Source of the DNA: Candidatus Eiseniibacteriota bacterium
GTDB lineage: Bacteria; Eisenbacteria; RBG-16-71-46; CAIMUX01; VGJL01
Length of the DNA stretch: 64,000 nt
Direction: 5' to 3'
NCBI GenBank assembly: GCA_963792585.1
Contig: CAWBWI010000006.1
Coordinates: 928,001 to 992,000 of the forward strand
This document shows positions 50,222-60,836 of this stretch, in pieces (position 1 is the stretch's first letter; the number at the start of each line of letters is the position of its first letter). Under the pieces are notes generated by a model. The model was given only the letters and a program-made list of their open reading frames with translations. It did no database searches and had not been told where the DNA came from. The position numbers and the translations under genes were made by a program.

Positions 50222-51022
50222 GTGAATCGCATCTCGAAGAAGATCATCCGTCTCGCCATCCCGCTCACGGCTATGGTTGTCTGCCTCGCGGCGACGGCGG
50301 CCGCGGAGGTCTGGCAGCAGAATATCTCGATGCTCGTGCAGACGGACGGCAAGCCGGACGGCTCCGCCAGCGTCTTCGACAGCGCCGACTTTCAGCAGCT
50401 CCTTCTGCAAATGGAAGGCCGCCCCATCTCCTTCGTCCTCAGCCTCGGAGACGGAGCCGTCTACAGCCTACCGGCTGATAGCGTCCGTACCGATCGGGAC
50501 GGCAATGCCGTGTTCGGGATCTTCAAGACGGACTACGTATCGGAGCTGGAGAAGAAGGACGCCGTCCTCGCCTTCACCTGGGACAAACACGCGATCCAGG
50601 TGCAACCCCTCCCCCCGCTCGTGGGCGCCGCTTCCCTGCAGAAGATCCTCGACATGAAACCGGCCTACGCGCATGCGGCGCAGGTGTACAAACCCGATGC
50701 GACGAAGATCGCCGCGCTCAAGGCCGTGTCCGTAGACACGGAGATCCGCGTCTATTTCGGCACGTGGTGCCTGCTCTGCAAGCAGGTCGTTCCCAGTTTG
50801 ATCCGGTCGGTAGAGGTGGCGGGCAACCCGAAGATCAAGGTGACCTATACGGGCGTCGATGAAGACCTGCTGCAACCCGAAACCGAAATCGCGAGGGACC
50901 ACATCACGAAGACCCCGACGATCCTCGTCCTCCGTAACGGCGTCGAGATGGGCAGGATCGAGGAGAAGCCGGCGACGACGGTCGAGGGAGACATCGCAGC
51001 GATCCTGGCAACGACACGCTGA
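50222..51022 (+). CDS. Exported thioredoxin-family protein (CxxC)
   Basis: GTG start behind GGAGGA; signal peptide; YFGTWCLLC; cis-Pro motif KTPTILV; EMGRIEE. Confidence 0.82.
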   Translation: MNRISKKIIRLAIPLTAMVVCLAATAAAEVWQQNISMLVQTDGKPDGSASVFDSADFQQLLLQMEGRPISFVLSLGDGAVYSLPADSVRTDRDGNAVFGIFKTDYVSELEKKDAVLAFTWDKHAIQVQPLPPLVGAASLQKILDMKPAYAHAAQVYKPDATKIAALKAVSVDTEIRVYFGTWCLLCKQVVPSLIRSVEVAGNPKIKVTYTGVDEDLLQPETEIARDHITKTPTILVLRNGVEMGRIEEKPATTVEGDIAAILATTR

Positions 51023-51041
51023 TCCTCGACGGGGGGTGGGG

Positions 51042-51950
51042 ATGATGGGGGAGCAATCTCGGTGGCGGATCGGATGGGCGCTGGGCCTCGTGCCGGCCGC
51101 CGTGCTTCTCTTCGCGGCCGTCCAGAAGGGGTTCGATCCGACGCTCTTCATCGACCAGATCAGCGCGCACAAGGTCACACCCGCCTCTTGGTCCCCCGCG
51201 CTCGCCTACTTCTTCATCGCGGCCGAGATCCTGATCGCCTTCGCATTGATCCTCCGTCTCTGGCCGCGGTGGACCCACTCGGCTTTCATGCTGCTGATGA
51301 TCGGCTTCATCGGCGTGACATCGATCGCATGGGCGAATGGGAATACGAAGGAGTGCGGCTGCTTCGGCCGCGCCGTGAGCCGCGGGCCGCTCGGCGTCAT
51401 CATCGAGGACGGCATCTTGATCATCGTCTCTGCGGTCGCGTTCTACCTGCTCAAGAGAGCGCCGACCCGACGCCGGCCGATCCTCATCGGGGGAATCCTG
51501 CTGCCGGTGACCCTCGCGTTCACGGCGCTCGGCGCGCGCCTGCCCGCCGACTCCCTGGTCACGGGCGTCAAGTCGGGCTCGAACCTCTCCGACCTCCCCC
51601 TGGAAGACCTGCGCAAACCCCACTCGGAAGGCCTCGCCTTCCTCGTGCTCGTCGACGCCCGCTGCAAAGGTTGCGAGGCCGGGGTCGCGGGGCTGAACGA
51701 CCTCGCCCGCGAGCGGCGAAACGTGAACTTCGTGGCCGTCTATTCGGGCACCCGAACGGATGCCGTGGCGTGGAGAATGAAGGTCCTGCCCGCGTACGCC
51801 GTCGCGCACGCCACGCCCCGCGCACTGCGCGCCTGGTATCGAACCCTTCCGACCTGTTTCCTCCTGAAGGAAGGGCGGGTCGTGCGGGCGTTCTGGGGAC
51901 GCATCCCGACCGCCGCGGAGTTGGCGCCGCTTCTACCCGCCTCCCCCTGA
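51042..51950 (+). CDS. MauE/DoxX-family membrane protein fused to a thioredoxin-like domain
   Basis: TM helices with ECGCFG; C-terminal domain with CKGC and LPT. Confidence 0.8.
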   Translation: MMGEQSRWRIGWALGLVPAAVLLFAAVQKGFDPTLFIDQISAHKVTPASWSPALAYFFIAAEILIAFALILRLWPRWTHSAFMLLMIGFIGVTSIAWANGNTKECGCFGRAVSRGPLGVIIEDGILIIVSAVAFYLLKRAPTRRRPILIGGILLPVTLAFTALGARLPADSLVTGVKSGSNLSDLPLEDLRKPHSEGLAFLVLVDARCKGCEAGVAGLNDLARERRNVNFVAVYSGTRTDAVAWRMKVLPAYAVAHATPRALRAWYRTLPTCFLLKEGRVVRAFWGRIPTAAELAPLLPASP

Positions 51951-51977
51951 TCGGCCGCGCCGGATCGCCTTCATCAT

Positions 51978-54900
51978 CTAGGCCGGTCTTCCGAGCGCTT
52001 TCTCCTTCGCCTTGTGTTGCCGCTCCGCGTGGGTCATCCGGTTTCGAATACCGTTGCCGATATCGTCGAAGAACGTGTAGACGACCGGCACGCACGACGA
52101 GGGTCAGCAGCTGCTCGTGATCAGGCCGCCGATCACGGCGCGCGCCATCGGCGCGCGGAACTCGGCGCCGGCGCCGAGCGCCAGGGCGAGCGGCAGCATG
52201 CCGAAGATCATCGCCAGGGTGGTCATGACGATCGGCCGCAGGCGGATCTCGCCCGGCGTCGATCAGCGCGCTCGCGCCGGTCCAGGCCCCGCGCTCGCCC
52301 CTGGTTCGCGAAGTCGACGAGCAGGATCGCGTTCTTCGTCACGAGCCCCATCAGCAGGATCAGGCCGATCATGCTCATGAGGTTGAACGTGGTGCCGGTC
52401 GCCAGGAGCATCGATGAGCACGCCGACCATCGACAGCGGCACCGAGAGCATGATCGCCAGCGGCTGCAGGAACGAGCCGAACTGGCTGGCGAGCACCAGG
52501 TAGATGAAGATCGATCGCCAGCATGAGGCTCTCGAGGATGTAGCCGACCGTCTCGCGGAAGTCCTCGCGTCTCGCCGCCGAGGTCGACGCTGTAGCCGGT
52601 CGGCATCGCGAGCTTCGACGCGACGCCTTCTCGATGTCCGCCGGTCACCTCGGTCAGCGTCCGCCCGTCGAAGTTGGCCTCGACCGAGCACGACCCGCTT
52701 CATGTCGCGCCGGTCGATCTTCTGCGGGCTCGCGCTGCGGCTCGATCGATGGCGACGTGCCCCAGCCGCACGATCCGCGGGGCGCCCGGTCGCGGGATCG
52801 CAGGCCGCCGCCGCGAGCGGCAGCGCTGCGAGCTGCTCGACCGACTCGCCGCGCCTCTCGCGGCAGCCGCACGATCACGTCGTGCTGCTCGCCGCTCGGG
52901 ATCCTCCCAGGTCGAGGCCTTCTGGCCCGCGAGCGCCGGCCGCAGCGTCGCGGCGAGCGCGCCGACGCCGACGCCCATCTCGCTCGCCAGATCGCGGCGC
53001 AGGTCGATGCGCACCTCGGGCCGCTCTTCCTCGAGCCCCGACTCCGCCTCGATCGCTCCGGGCGTCCTGCGCACGACCTCGAGCACCTCGTTCGAGATCC
53101 GGCGCAGCTCGTCGATCTGGTCGCCCTTCACGTAGATCTGCGAGCGGCTTCTGCGCGCCGCCGAAACCGCCGGCGTCGAGCACCGAGATCGGCGACCCCG
53201 GGCAGGCTCCCGATCTCGCGCGCGAAGGACACGGCTCCACCTCCTGCTGGGAGCAGGTCGCGCTCGCCCTTGGGCACGAGCTTCACGTAGATCTCCGCCT
53301 CGTTGACCTGCGCGCTGAAGCCGCCGGCGATCGTCTCGTAGGTGTAGTCGACCTCGGGATGGCGGCGCAGCAGCGGCCGAGACCTCGCGCACGCGGTCGC
53401 GCGTGTAGTCGAGCGAGGAGCCCACCGGCGTCTTCACCAGCACGGCGAGCTCCTCGTCGTCGGCGACCGGGCATGAAGCGTGCCGCCGACCAGCGGGAAG
53501 AGCGCGAGCGCCGCGATGAAGGACGCGACCGCGATGCCCAGCGTCGGCCATGCGGTGGCCGAGCGCCCAGCCGATCACGCGCGCGGTAGCGCTTGCCCAG
53601 GCCGACGAAGCCGTCGTTGAACCGCTCGAGCGCGCGCCCAGCGGCCCGCGCGGCCGACGTGGCCCTCGGCGACCGGGTCGTACCAGACCGACGAGAGCAT
53701 CGGGTCGAGGGTGAAGGAGACGAAGAGGCTCACCGCGACCGCGCACGGCCACCGTGACGCCGAACTCGCGGAAGAACTGGCCGACGATGCCGCCCATGAA
53801 GGCGACCGGGACGAACACGCAGAGCGTCGACAGCGGTGGTCGCGAGCACGGCGAGGCCGATCTCGCTGGTGCCCTTGCGGGCCGCCGTGTTGTGGTCCTC
53901 GCCCATCGCCGACGTGGCGGACGATGTTCTCGCGCACGACGATCGCGTCGTCGATCAGGATGCCCGATCGCGAGCGAGAGCGCCATCAGGGTCATCGTGT
54001 TGAGCGTGTAGCCGAAGGCGTAGATCGCCAGGAACGACGGCGATGACCGACACCGGCAGCGTGAGCCCGGTGATCACGGTCGAGCGCCACGAGTTCAGGA
54101 AGGTGAAGACGACGAGCACGGTGAGGAGCGCGCCGATGAGGATCGTCGTCTTCGACGTCCTCGACCGAGTCGCGGATCCACACCGAGTTGTCGCGCACGA
54201 TCGAGAGCTCGACGCCTCCGGGCAGTCGGCCGCGGAGCTCGTCGACCTTCGTCTTCACGCTGGTCGGCGACCTCGACGGTGTTCGCGCCTGAGACCTTGC
54301 GGATGTCGATGCCGATGGCGGGGGTGCCGTTGACGAGCGCCGCCGAGCGCGCCTCCTCGGCGTCGTCGATCGATCGGGCCGACGTCGCCGAGGCGGATCG
54401 GCACGCCCGCCGCGGACGTCGACGACCAGGTCGGTCGAAGTCGGCCGGCTCCCGGAGGCGTCCGGCCACGCGCACGAGCTGCTCGCCGGGACCCAGCTCG
54501 AGCCGTCCCGGCCGGGAATCTCCATGTTCTCCGCGCCGAGCGTCGCCATGACCTGGCCGACCGTGACCGCGCGCGCCGCGAGCCGCTCGGGGTCCAGCTC
54601 CACCACGATCGCGCGCTTCTCGCCGCCGATGATCGTCACCTGGCCGACGCCGTCGACGCCCTCGAGCTCCTTGCGGATCGTCTCGTCGGCGATGGTCGTC
54701 AGCTCGCGCAGCGTGCGCGTGTCCGAGCGCAGCGCGAGGGAGACGATCGGGATGTCCTGCGGGTCGAAGCGCAGCACCAGCGGCTTCTCGATGTCGTCGG
54801 GCAGCTCGTCGCGGATCTGGTCGATCTTCGCGCGCACGTCCTGCTGCGCGTCCATCTGGTCGATCTTCAGCTCGAACTCGATGAAGATCGAGGAGAAGCC

Positions 54901-55161
54901 CCTCGAGCGAAGAGCGAGGTCAGGTTCCGCACCCCGGCGATCGGGTTGACCGCCTCCTCGATCTTGCGGGTGACGTCGCGCTCGACCGTCTCCGGCGAGG
55001 CGCCCGGGATAGACGGTCTGCACCACGATGAAGGGGAAGCTGATGTCCGGCCACTGGTCGATCGACAGGCGGCGGTAGGAGAAGAGGCCCAGCGTGACGA
55101 GCGCCACCATCATCATGGTCGCGAAGACCGGCCGCTTGATCGAGACGTCGGAGAGGAACAT
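51978..55161 (-). pseudogene. AcrB/AcrD/AcrF-family RND permease with many frameshifts (probably assembly errors)
   Basis: MFLSDVSIKRPVFA..., [51 protein letters not shown] and RPIVMTT lie in different frames; stop TAG at 51978-51980. Confidence 0.85.
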
Positions 55162-55182
55162 CGCGCTGCTTTCCCGCCTTCC

Positions 55183-56342
55183 CTATTGTCCGTCGTGCCG
55201 GCGTGGCGCCGGTCGCCTGGCTTCCCTTGAGGATCAGGACCTTCGCACCGTCCTTCAGGCCGGGCAGAACTCCGGTCAGCAGCGAGTCGCCCGCGGCGAC
55301 GTCGCCGATGCAGCTCGCCGACGCCTGCATCCGTCGTCGATCGAGCCCGGTCCGGATCGGAAGCCGCTGAGCCCGTCCTGCCGCGTAGCCGATAGACCAC
55401 CTCGTCCTGTCCTTCCTTGCGGATCGTCCGATGGGTGCCGCAAGGGCCTGCTCGCGCGACCTGGTCCACGACGCGCCCGCTGGCGAAGAGCCCGCCGACC
55501 AGGCGTCCGTCCGGGTTCGGGAGGCGCATGTAGATCCGAACCTGGCGGGTGCCGGGTTCGGTCGTGGGATTGACGCGATCGACCTTCCCCTCGAAGACCT
55601 CGTCGGGATAGGCGTCGACGCGGAAGCGGATCGTCGCGCCCGGCCGCACGCGGGCGAGCGCCTCCGACGGGACCGTCGCCGACAGCTCGAGCGTCCGAGT
55701 TGTCGACGATGGTGAAGAGGCGGTCGCCGACAGCCGTGCGGTCGCCGCCGTGCACGAACACCTTGCTCACCCAGCCGGTGATCGGGCTCGGCACATCGAG
55801 TCGCTCGGCGTCCTCCTTCGCGCGGTTTCGCATCGCGACCGCATTGTCGACGGCCGCCTGCGCTGCGGAGCGCTGCGCCTCGGCCGCCTCGAGATCGCTC
55901 GAGGAGGCGGCGCCCGCGTCGAAGAGCCGCTTCACGCGCGCGCACCGTTCTCCGCCGCCGACAGCCCCGCTTGCGCGGCGAGCATGCCGGCCTCCGCGGC
56001 GGTGAGCCTGTCGTTGACGTCACGCGGTCGGTATATCGCCAGGGCTTGCCCGCGCTGGATCGCCTGGCCCTCCCGCACCATGCACGGCGTCGAGATCGCC
56101 GTCGAAGCGCGACGTGATCTCCACGGTCTGCACCGGCGCGAGATCTCCGGTGAACGCCACGCCGGATTCGATCCGGCGCGTCTGGATCCGGACCACGTCT
56201 TCCGCGTTCACCTGGACGACACTCTCCTCGACCGTCCTCGAGTTTGCGTTCTTGCGCGTGCACCCCGCAGGGGCCAGGAGCACCAGCGCGCCCAGAATCG
56301 CCATGGCCCACTCACGAATTCTGGTTCCATCGGCTTCCTCAT
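55183..56342 (-). pseudogene. RND periplasmic adaptor (MFP) lipoprotein, frameshifted; ends approximate
   Basis: LAPAGC lipobox, VEITSRFDG, SPITGWV, VDAYPDEVFEGKV, LVGGLFA spread over several frames. Confidence 0.78.
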
Positions 56343-56352
56343 CGCCGGCCCC

Positions 56353-57834
56353 TCAGCGAGATCCGTCGATCGACGGAGCGATCGAGGAGAAGAGTGGCCG
56401 TCCGGTGTAACGCTCCAGTCGGGCGAGCGCGACGAAGTAGTCGTGACGTGCGCTCGCCTCGTTCATCTGCGCGATCTGGTACGCCGCGCGGGAATCCTTG
56501 ACCTCGAGGAGATCGGTCGCCCCTTCGTCGAAGCGCAGGCTCGCCAGCTCGTACGCGCGCTTCGCAAGCTCGACCGTGCGGGTGCGCGCCCGAAGATCCG
56601 CCGCCGCCCGCTCCAGGTCGAGGCTGCTCTGGATCACACCCTCGCGGACGATCTCTCTCGTCTGCTGGAGGGTCTGAACTTGCTGGTCCCGCTGCGCTTT
56701 GGTCTGCTGGATCACCCCGCGCGTCCGGAACCCGTCGAAGAGATTCCACGAGAACGACATCCCCGCATTGACGTCCTTCTGCCACTGCCCGGACCTGGGG
56801 AAGAGGTCGGTCGGGTAGGCCTGCTCGGAGAAGTTCGCGAAGAGCGAGATCGCGGGCCACTTGCCGCTCGCGGAGACCGTCACCGCGTGCTCACGCGCCT
56901 TGACCGCCTCCGAGAGCGCCACGATGCCGGACGCCTCGAGGGCCGCTCCGACCAGACCGGTCGTATCCACCAACGCAGGCTCCGATGGGACGGCCGCGTC
57001 GTCGAGCAGAGCGCTCGCGAGCACGATCGGTTTCGCGTTGGGAATGTTCGCAAGACGGTAGAGCTCGAGATAGGCGATCTCCCGCGCGCTGGCCGCCTGC
57101 TTCACCACGGGAACCTGGTTGTCCCTCTGGACCTCGGCCTGCAGAAGTTCGAACTCCGACGCGTTCCCCACGTCCTTTCGCAAGCGCACGCGCTCGAGTT
57201 GCCTCTCGGTCTGATCGAGCCCGAGCTTCGCGACCTCGACCCCGCGGTCGGCCAGGAGCGCGTTCAGGTAGGCCTCGCGCACCCTGAGGACGACGTCATC
57301 GGCCCGATCCCGGCGGGAGTTCTCGACCGAACGCATGGCATGTTTCGCCGCCGCGATCGAGCCCCAGATCGATCCGCCCTCGAAGAGCTTCTGCGTGAGG
57401 CCCAGCGATGCGTTCCAGGTGTTCTTGCTCCCGAACGCCGTCGAGCTGAAGAGGCGGGCGAGCCCTCCAAACGCCGCGTCCGGCGTGTTGTCCTCGAGGT
57501 ACTTGACCCGGTCCTCCAAGGAGGCGGTCGAGTCCGGATCCCACGACGGTCCCGCCGACGAGTCCAGCTGGCGGAACACGCTCTCGATCTGCCGCGTGTA
57601 GTTCACACCGAAGTGGAGCTGCGGCAGCGCAGTTGAGCGCGCCTGCTGATAAGCGGCGTGCGCCGTTGCGTAGTCCGCCTCGGCCAGCTTCATCTCCTCG
57701 CCGGCATCGAGCGCACGCGTGATCGCCTCGCCGAGCGTCAGCCGCAAGGTGTCGGCGTCGGCGGCCGTTGCGACCCCCACCGCCCCCATCGACACGCAGC
57801 CGACGAGCGCGATCATCGCACCCATCCACCTCAT
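56353..57834 (-). CDS. TolC-family outer membrane efflux protein
   Basis: LTLGEAITRAL, two OEP halves, GATDLLEV, LERYTG. Confidence 0.9.
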   Translation of the reverse strand: MRWMGAMIALVGCVSMGAVGVATAADADTLRLTLGEAITRALDAGEEMKLAEADYATAHAAYQQARSTALPQLHFGVNYTRQIESVFRQLDSSAGPSWDPDSTASLEDRVKYLEDNTPDAAFGGLARLFSSTAFGSKNTWNASLGLTQKLFEGGSIWGSIAAAKHAMRSVENSRRDRADDVVLRVREAYLNALLADRGVEVAKLGLDQTERQLERVRLRKDVGNASEFELLQAEVQRDNQVPVVKQAASAREIAYLELYRLANIPNAKPIVLASALLDDAAVPSEPALVDTTGLVGAALEASGIVALSEAVKAREHAVTVSASGKWPAISLFANFSEQAYPTDLFPRSGQWQKDVNAGMSFSWNLFDGFRTRGVIQQTKAQRDQQVQTLQQTREIVREGVIQSSLDLERAAADLRARTRTVELAKRAYELASLRFDEGATDLLEVKDSRAAYQIAQMNEASARHDYFVALARLERYTGRPLFSSIAPSIDGSR

Positions 57835-58454
57835 CCACGCACCTCCTCAAGACCGCGCATGACCAGATCGAAGAGAGACTCTTCCAGATGATCCGGAATG
57901 ATGTCGATGTCCCCCGAGAGAACCGCCGACACATACATCGCGACCGATGAAAGGATGAGGACCGCCGCGACTTCCGGTTCGCACTTCCGAAGCTCCTCGC
58001 GGGCCATGCCTTCCTCGATCGCGAGGACAATATCGCGGAAGATCTGATGGCCTTCCGCCTTGTAGTCGAACCCCAGAGGCAGCACCCCCGGCATGGTCAG
58101 GGTGACGTACGCGAATGCGTAGACCGCGGGTTGCATCCGCGCGAGTGAAACATGGCCCCGGAGCAACTCGCGGATCCTCTCACGTGCCGGGATGTCGCGC
58201 GTCAGCACTTCCTGATCGGCGCATCGGCACGAGTCGAGCGCCTCGCGCAGGAGGCTCGAGAAGAGGCGTTCCTTGTTCTCGAAGTGATAGAAGATCAGGG
58301 GCTTCGTCACCCCCGCCTCGATGGCGATCCGACGCATCGAGGTTCCTACGTAGCCGTGAACGGCATAGAGGCGTGCGGCCGCGTGGAGGATCCGTTCGCG
58401 CGCTGACTCCGTCGCCGCCAAGTCGGTCGGCGCTATCTTCGTGGCCTTCTCCAT
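57831..58454 (-). CDS. TetR/AcrR-family transcriptional regulator
   Basis: RERILHAAARLY...GTSMRRIA..AGVTKPLIFYHFENKERL. Confidence 0.92.
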   Translation of the reverse strand: MEKATKIAPTDLAATESARERILHAAARLYAVHGYVGTSMRRIAIEAGVTKPLIFYHFENKERLFSSLLREALDSCRCADQEVLTRDIPARERIRELLRGHVSLARMQPAVYAFAYVTLTMPGVLPLGFDYKAEGHQIFRDIVLAIEEGMAREELRKCEPEVAAVLILSSVAMYVSAVLSGDIDIIPDHLEESLFDLVMRGLEEVRG

Positions 58455-58483
58455 ATCCTGACCTTTCGGTCAGGATATGGAGA
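58448..58483. promoter_or_regulatory. Perfect 16-bp inverted repeat overlapping the tetR RBS and start codon
   Basis: TCTCCATATCCTGACC-tttc-GGTCAGGATATGGAGA. Confidence 0.7.
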
Positions 58484-58565
58484 CTCGACTCGGACGCAAA
58501 GAGAATTGTTTCACGAAAAGTGCTACTTCAGGCGAGTTGGCTCTAACTCTTTATATACGAATGTG

Positions 58566-59762
58566 TTAGTCCTTGGAATCGACCTTTCGCTCACGCGCGC
58601 CGAGCCGCAGGGAGGGCGCGCGCACGACCGTGCCCCGGCCAAACCGATCTTGAATTCGGTCGATCGTGTCCGCCAGCCGGCGCCGGCGTGTGTCCGGCTC
58701 GTCCTGTCCGAAGAGGGTGAGGTCCGCCCCTTGATGTGCGATCGCGCTCATGCCGACCCCGATCAGGCGCAGGGGTCGGTGGTCCCACGTCGTCTCGAAG
58801 AGCCGTCTTGCCTCGGCATAGATCGTCTCGGCAAGACAGGTGGCCTGCGGAAGCTTGCGCTGCCGGGTCAGGGTCGAGAAGTCTCCATATCGGAGCTTGA
58901 TCTGCACGACCTGTCCGGCGACGCCATCTCGCCGTAGCCGCCGCGCGACCCTCGATGCCTGATCGAGCATCATCGCCGCGAGCATATCGGGATCGTTCTG
59001 GTCCCGACCGAATGTCTCCTCGTGGCTGTACGACTTCGCTTCCCAATCGGGAACCACTCCGCGTTCGTCCCGTCCCCGGGCAAGATCGCAGAGTCGCTCC
59101 CCCCACGCGCCGAACCGGCGCACGAGACGCTCCCGCGGCACACCGGTGAGATCTCCGATCGTCTCGATCCCGATCGCCTGAAGCTGGGCGAGCGTCTTGG
59201 GACCAACACCCCATAGCCTGCCGATCGGCAGGGGCGCAAGGAACGACTCGACCTCGCCTTGCCCGACCACGACCAGTCCGTCCGGCTTCTTCAGATCGGA
59301 TGCGATCTTCGCCACGAATTTCTGCGGGGCGATGCCAACCGAGGCGGTGAGCCGCGTCGCCTCGCGGATCTCGCGTTTGATGCGGCTTCCGGTCTCCTCG
59401 GGGGTCCCAAAGATCCGCGCGGTCCCGGTCAAGTCGAAGAAGGCCTCATCGAGGCTGAGAGGTTCCACGAGCGGGGAGAAGCGGTGGAGCACCTCCATCA
59501 CCTGCGCGGAGACATCCTGGTACTTCCGCATGTCGCCGGGAATCCGCACGAGTTGTGGACAGAGACGCAGCGCGCGGCCCATCGGCATCGCGGAGTGGAT
59601 CCCGTAGCGACGCGCTTCGTACGAGGCGGCCGCGACGACGCCGCGCCCTTCGGCCGAGCCGCCGACAACGACGGGCTTGCCCTGCAACGACGGATCATCG
59701 CGGATCTCGATCGACGCGTAGAAGGCGTCCATATCGGTATGACAGATCCAGCGGTCGGTCAC
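58566..59762 (-). CDS. dinB: DNA polymerase IV
   Basis: DMDAFYASIE, AASYEARRYG, SLDEAF, AKIASDLKKPDG, LWGVG. Confidence 0.95.
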   Translation of the reverse strand: MTDRWICHTDMDAFYASIEIRDDPSLQGKPVVVGGSAEGRGVVAAASYEARRYGIHSAMPMGRALRLCPQLVRIPGDMRKYQDVSAQVMEVLHRFSPLVEPLSLDEAFFDLTGTARIFGTPEETGSRIKREIREATRLTASVGIAPQKFVAKIASDLKKPDGLVVVGQGEVESFLAPLPIGRLWGVGPKTLAQLQAIGIETIGDLTGVPRERLVRRFGAWGERLCDLARGRDERGVVPDWEAKSYSHEETFGRDQNDPDMLAAMMLDQASRVARRLRRDGVAGQVVQIKLRYGDFSTLTRQRKLPQATCLAETIYAEARRLFETTWDHRPLRLIGVGMSAIAHQGADLTLFGQDEPDTRRRRLADTIDRIQDRFGRGTVVRAPSLRLGARERKVDSKD

Positions 59763-59774
59763 GCGAACCTCAGA

Positions 59775-60818
59775 TCACAGAATGACTCCCAACTGAACGA
59801 GAATCCCATGGGCGACAGCATCGTCGTCCAGGTCCGCCGGAAGCAAGGTGGTCCGCAACCGAATCGACAGGGTGAGGTCGGTGTCGTCCCAACGGTCCAG
59901 GCGGGCGCCGAAACCCACCTCGCCCGTGACGACCATGGCGTCCACGTCGCCTCCGCAATCGTAACCGCAGTCGTAGGATACGGTCTTCCACTGGGGCGTG
60001 ATGCGGTCTCCGTGGCTGAAATGGAGTCGGTGTAGCCCAAGCCCGACGCCAAGGTGTCCCGGATGATCCCGTGACGGGAGCACCTTGCCGCCGAAGATCT
60101 CGTAGACCGTCCAATCGACCGAGCGCGCCTCGCCGTCGGCCGGGACGATGCCTCCCGACCATGCGATGCCGGCGAACGGAATCCCCATCTCGACGAACGA
60201 CTCCTTCATCTCCCGTCGCAGGTAGAAGCGGAGACTCGTCAGCCGCGTCTGCCCGCCGTAGGTGTCGGAAAGGGGATAGAGCGCCCCAAATCCGAACCCA
60301 AGGCGTGGGGCCACCTTCGAATGCCGCCTGACTTCGACGCGCCGCGCGACCGGTCGGCCCGTCCCGATTGCGCCCGCGAGACCTGCCAGCAGATCGGGAA
60401 GGTCCCCCTCCGTGGGGACGGTGAGCTGATCCCGGAAGTAGGGCGCCTCCGCCCCGACCCGCGTCGACTGGATCCGGACGGTGATCCTCTCGCCGAGGCG
60501 AATCAACGTTCCATAGACGACCCGATCGGCGCCCGCGCGTTCCGCTTCGACCACGGCGCATCGCATCTCGTCGCACGCGGCTGCTTCGCCTGCGAGTGAA
60601 GCTTCGGTATCCACGGGAATCAAGACGAAGCCTCGAGCCTCGAGTTCTCCCGACAAGACCGCGCGCACCGCCGTGATCGTCGCCTCTCCGACCCCGATTG
60701 CGCGGAAGGGAAGGACGAGCATCGTCTCTCCTTCCGCCGCATGAGCGATCGGCGTCGCATGGGCTAATGACGCCACAATGACGAGCAACGTCGCGATCAG
60801 ACCCGCCGCGCGCGTCAT
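59775..60818 (-). CDS. Exported hypothetical protein, paralog of 60837-61850
   Basis: Signal peptide; LVLPF...AGADRVVYGTL; C-terminal alternating beta-strand pattern. Confidence 0.75.
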   Translation of the reverse strand: MTRAAGLIATLLVIVASLAHATPIAHAAEGETMLVLPFRAIGVGEATITAVRAVLSGELEARGFVLIPVDTEASLAGEAAACDEMRCAVVEAERAGADRVVYGTLIRLGERITVRIQSTRVGAEAPYFRDQLTVPTEGDLPDLLAGLAGAIGTGRPVARRVEVRRHSKVAPRLGFGFGALYPLSDTYGGQTRLTSLRFYLRREMKESFVEMGIPFAGIAWSGGIVPADGEARSVDWTVYEIFGGKVLPSRDHPGHLGVGLGLHRLHFSHGDRITPQWKTVSYDCGYDCGGDVDAMVVTGEVGFGARLDRWDDTDLTLSIRLRTTLLPADLDDDAVAHGILVQLGVIL

Positions 60819-60836
60819 GGCGTTCTCTCTCCCGCC

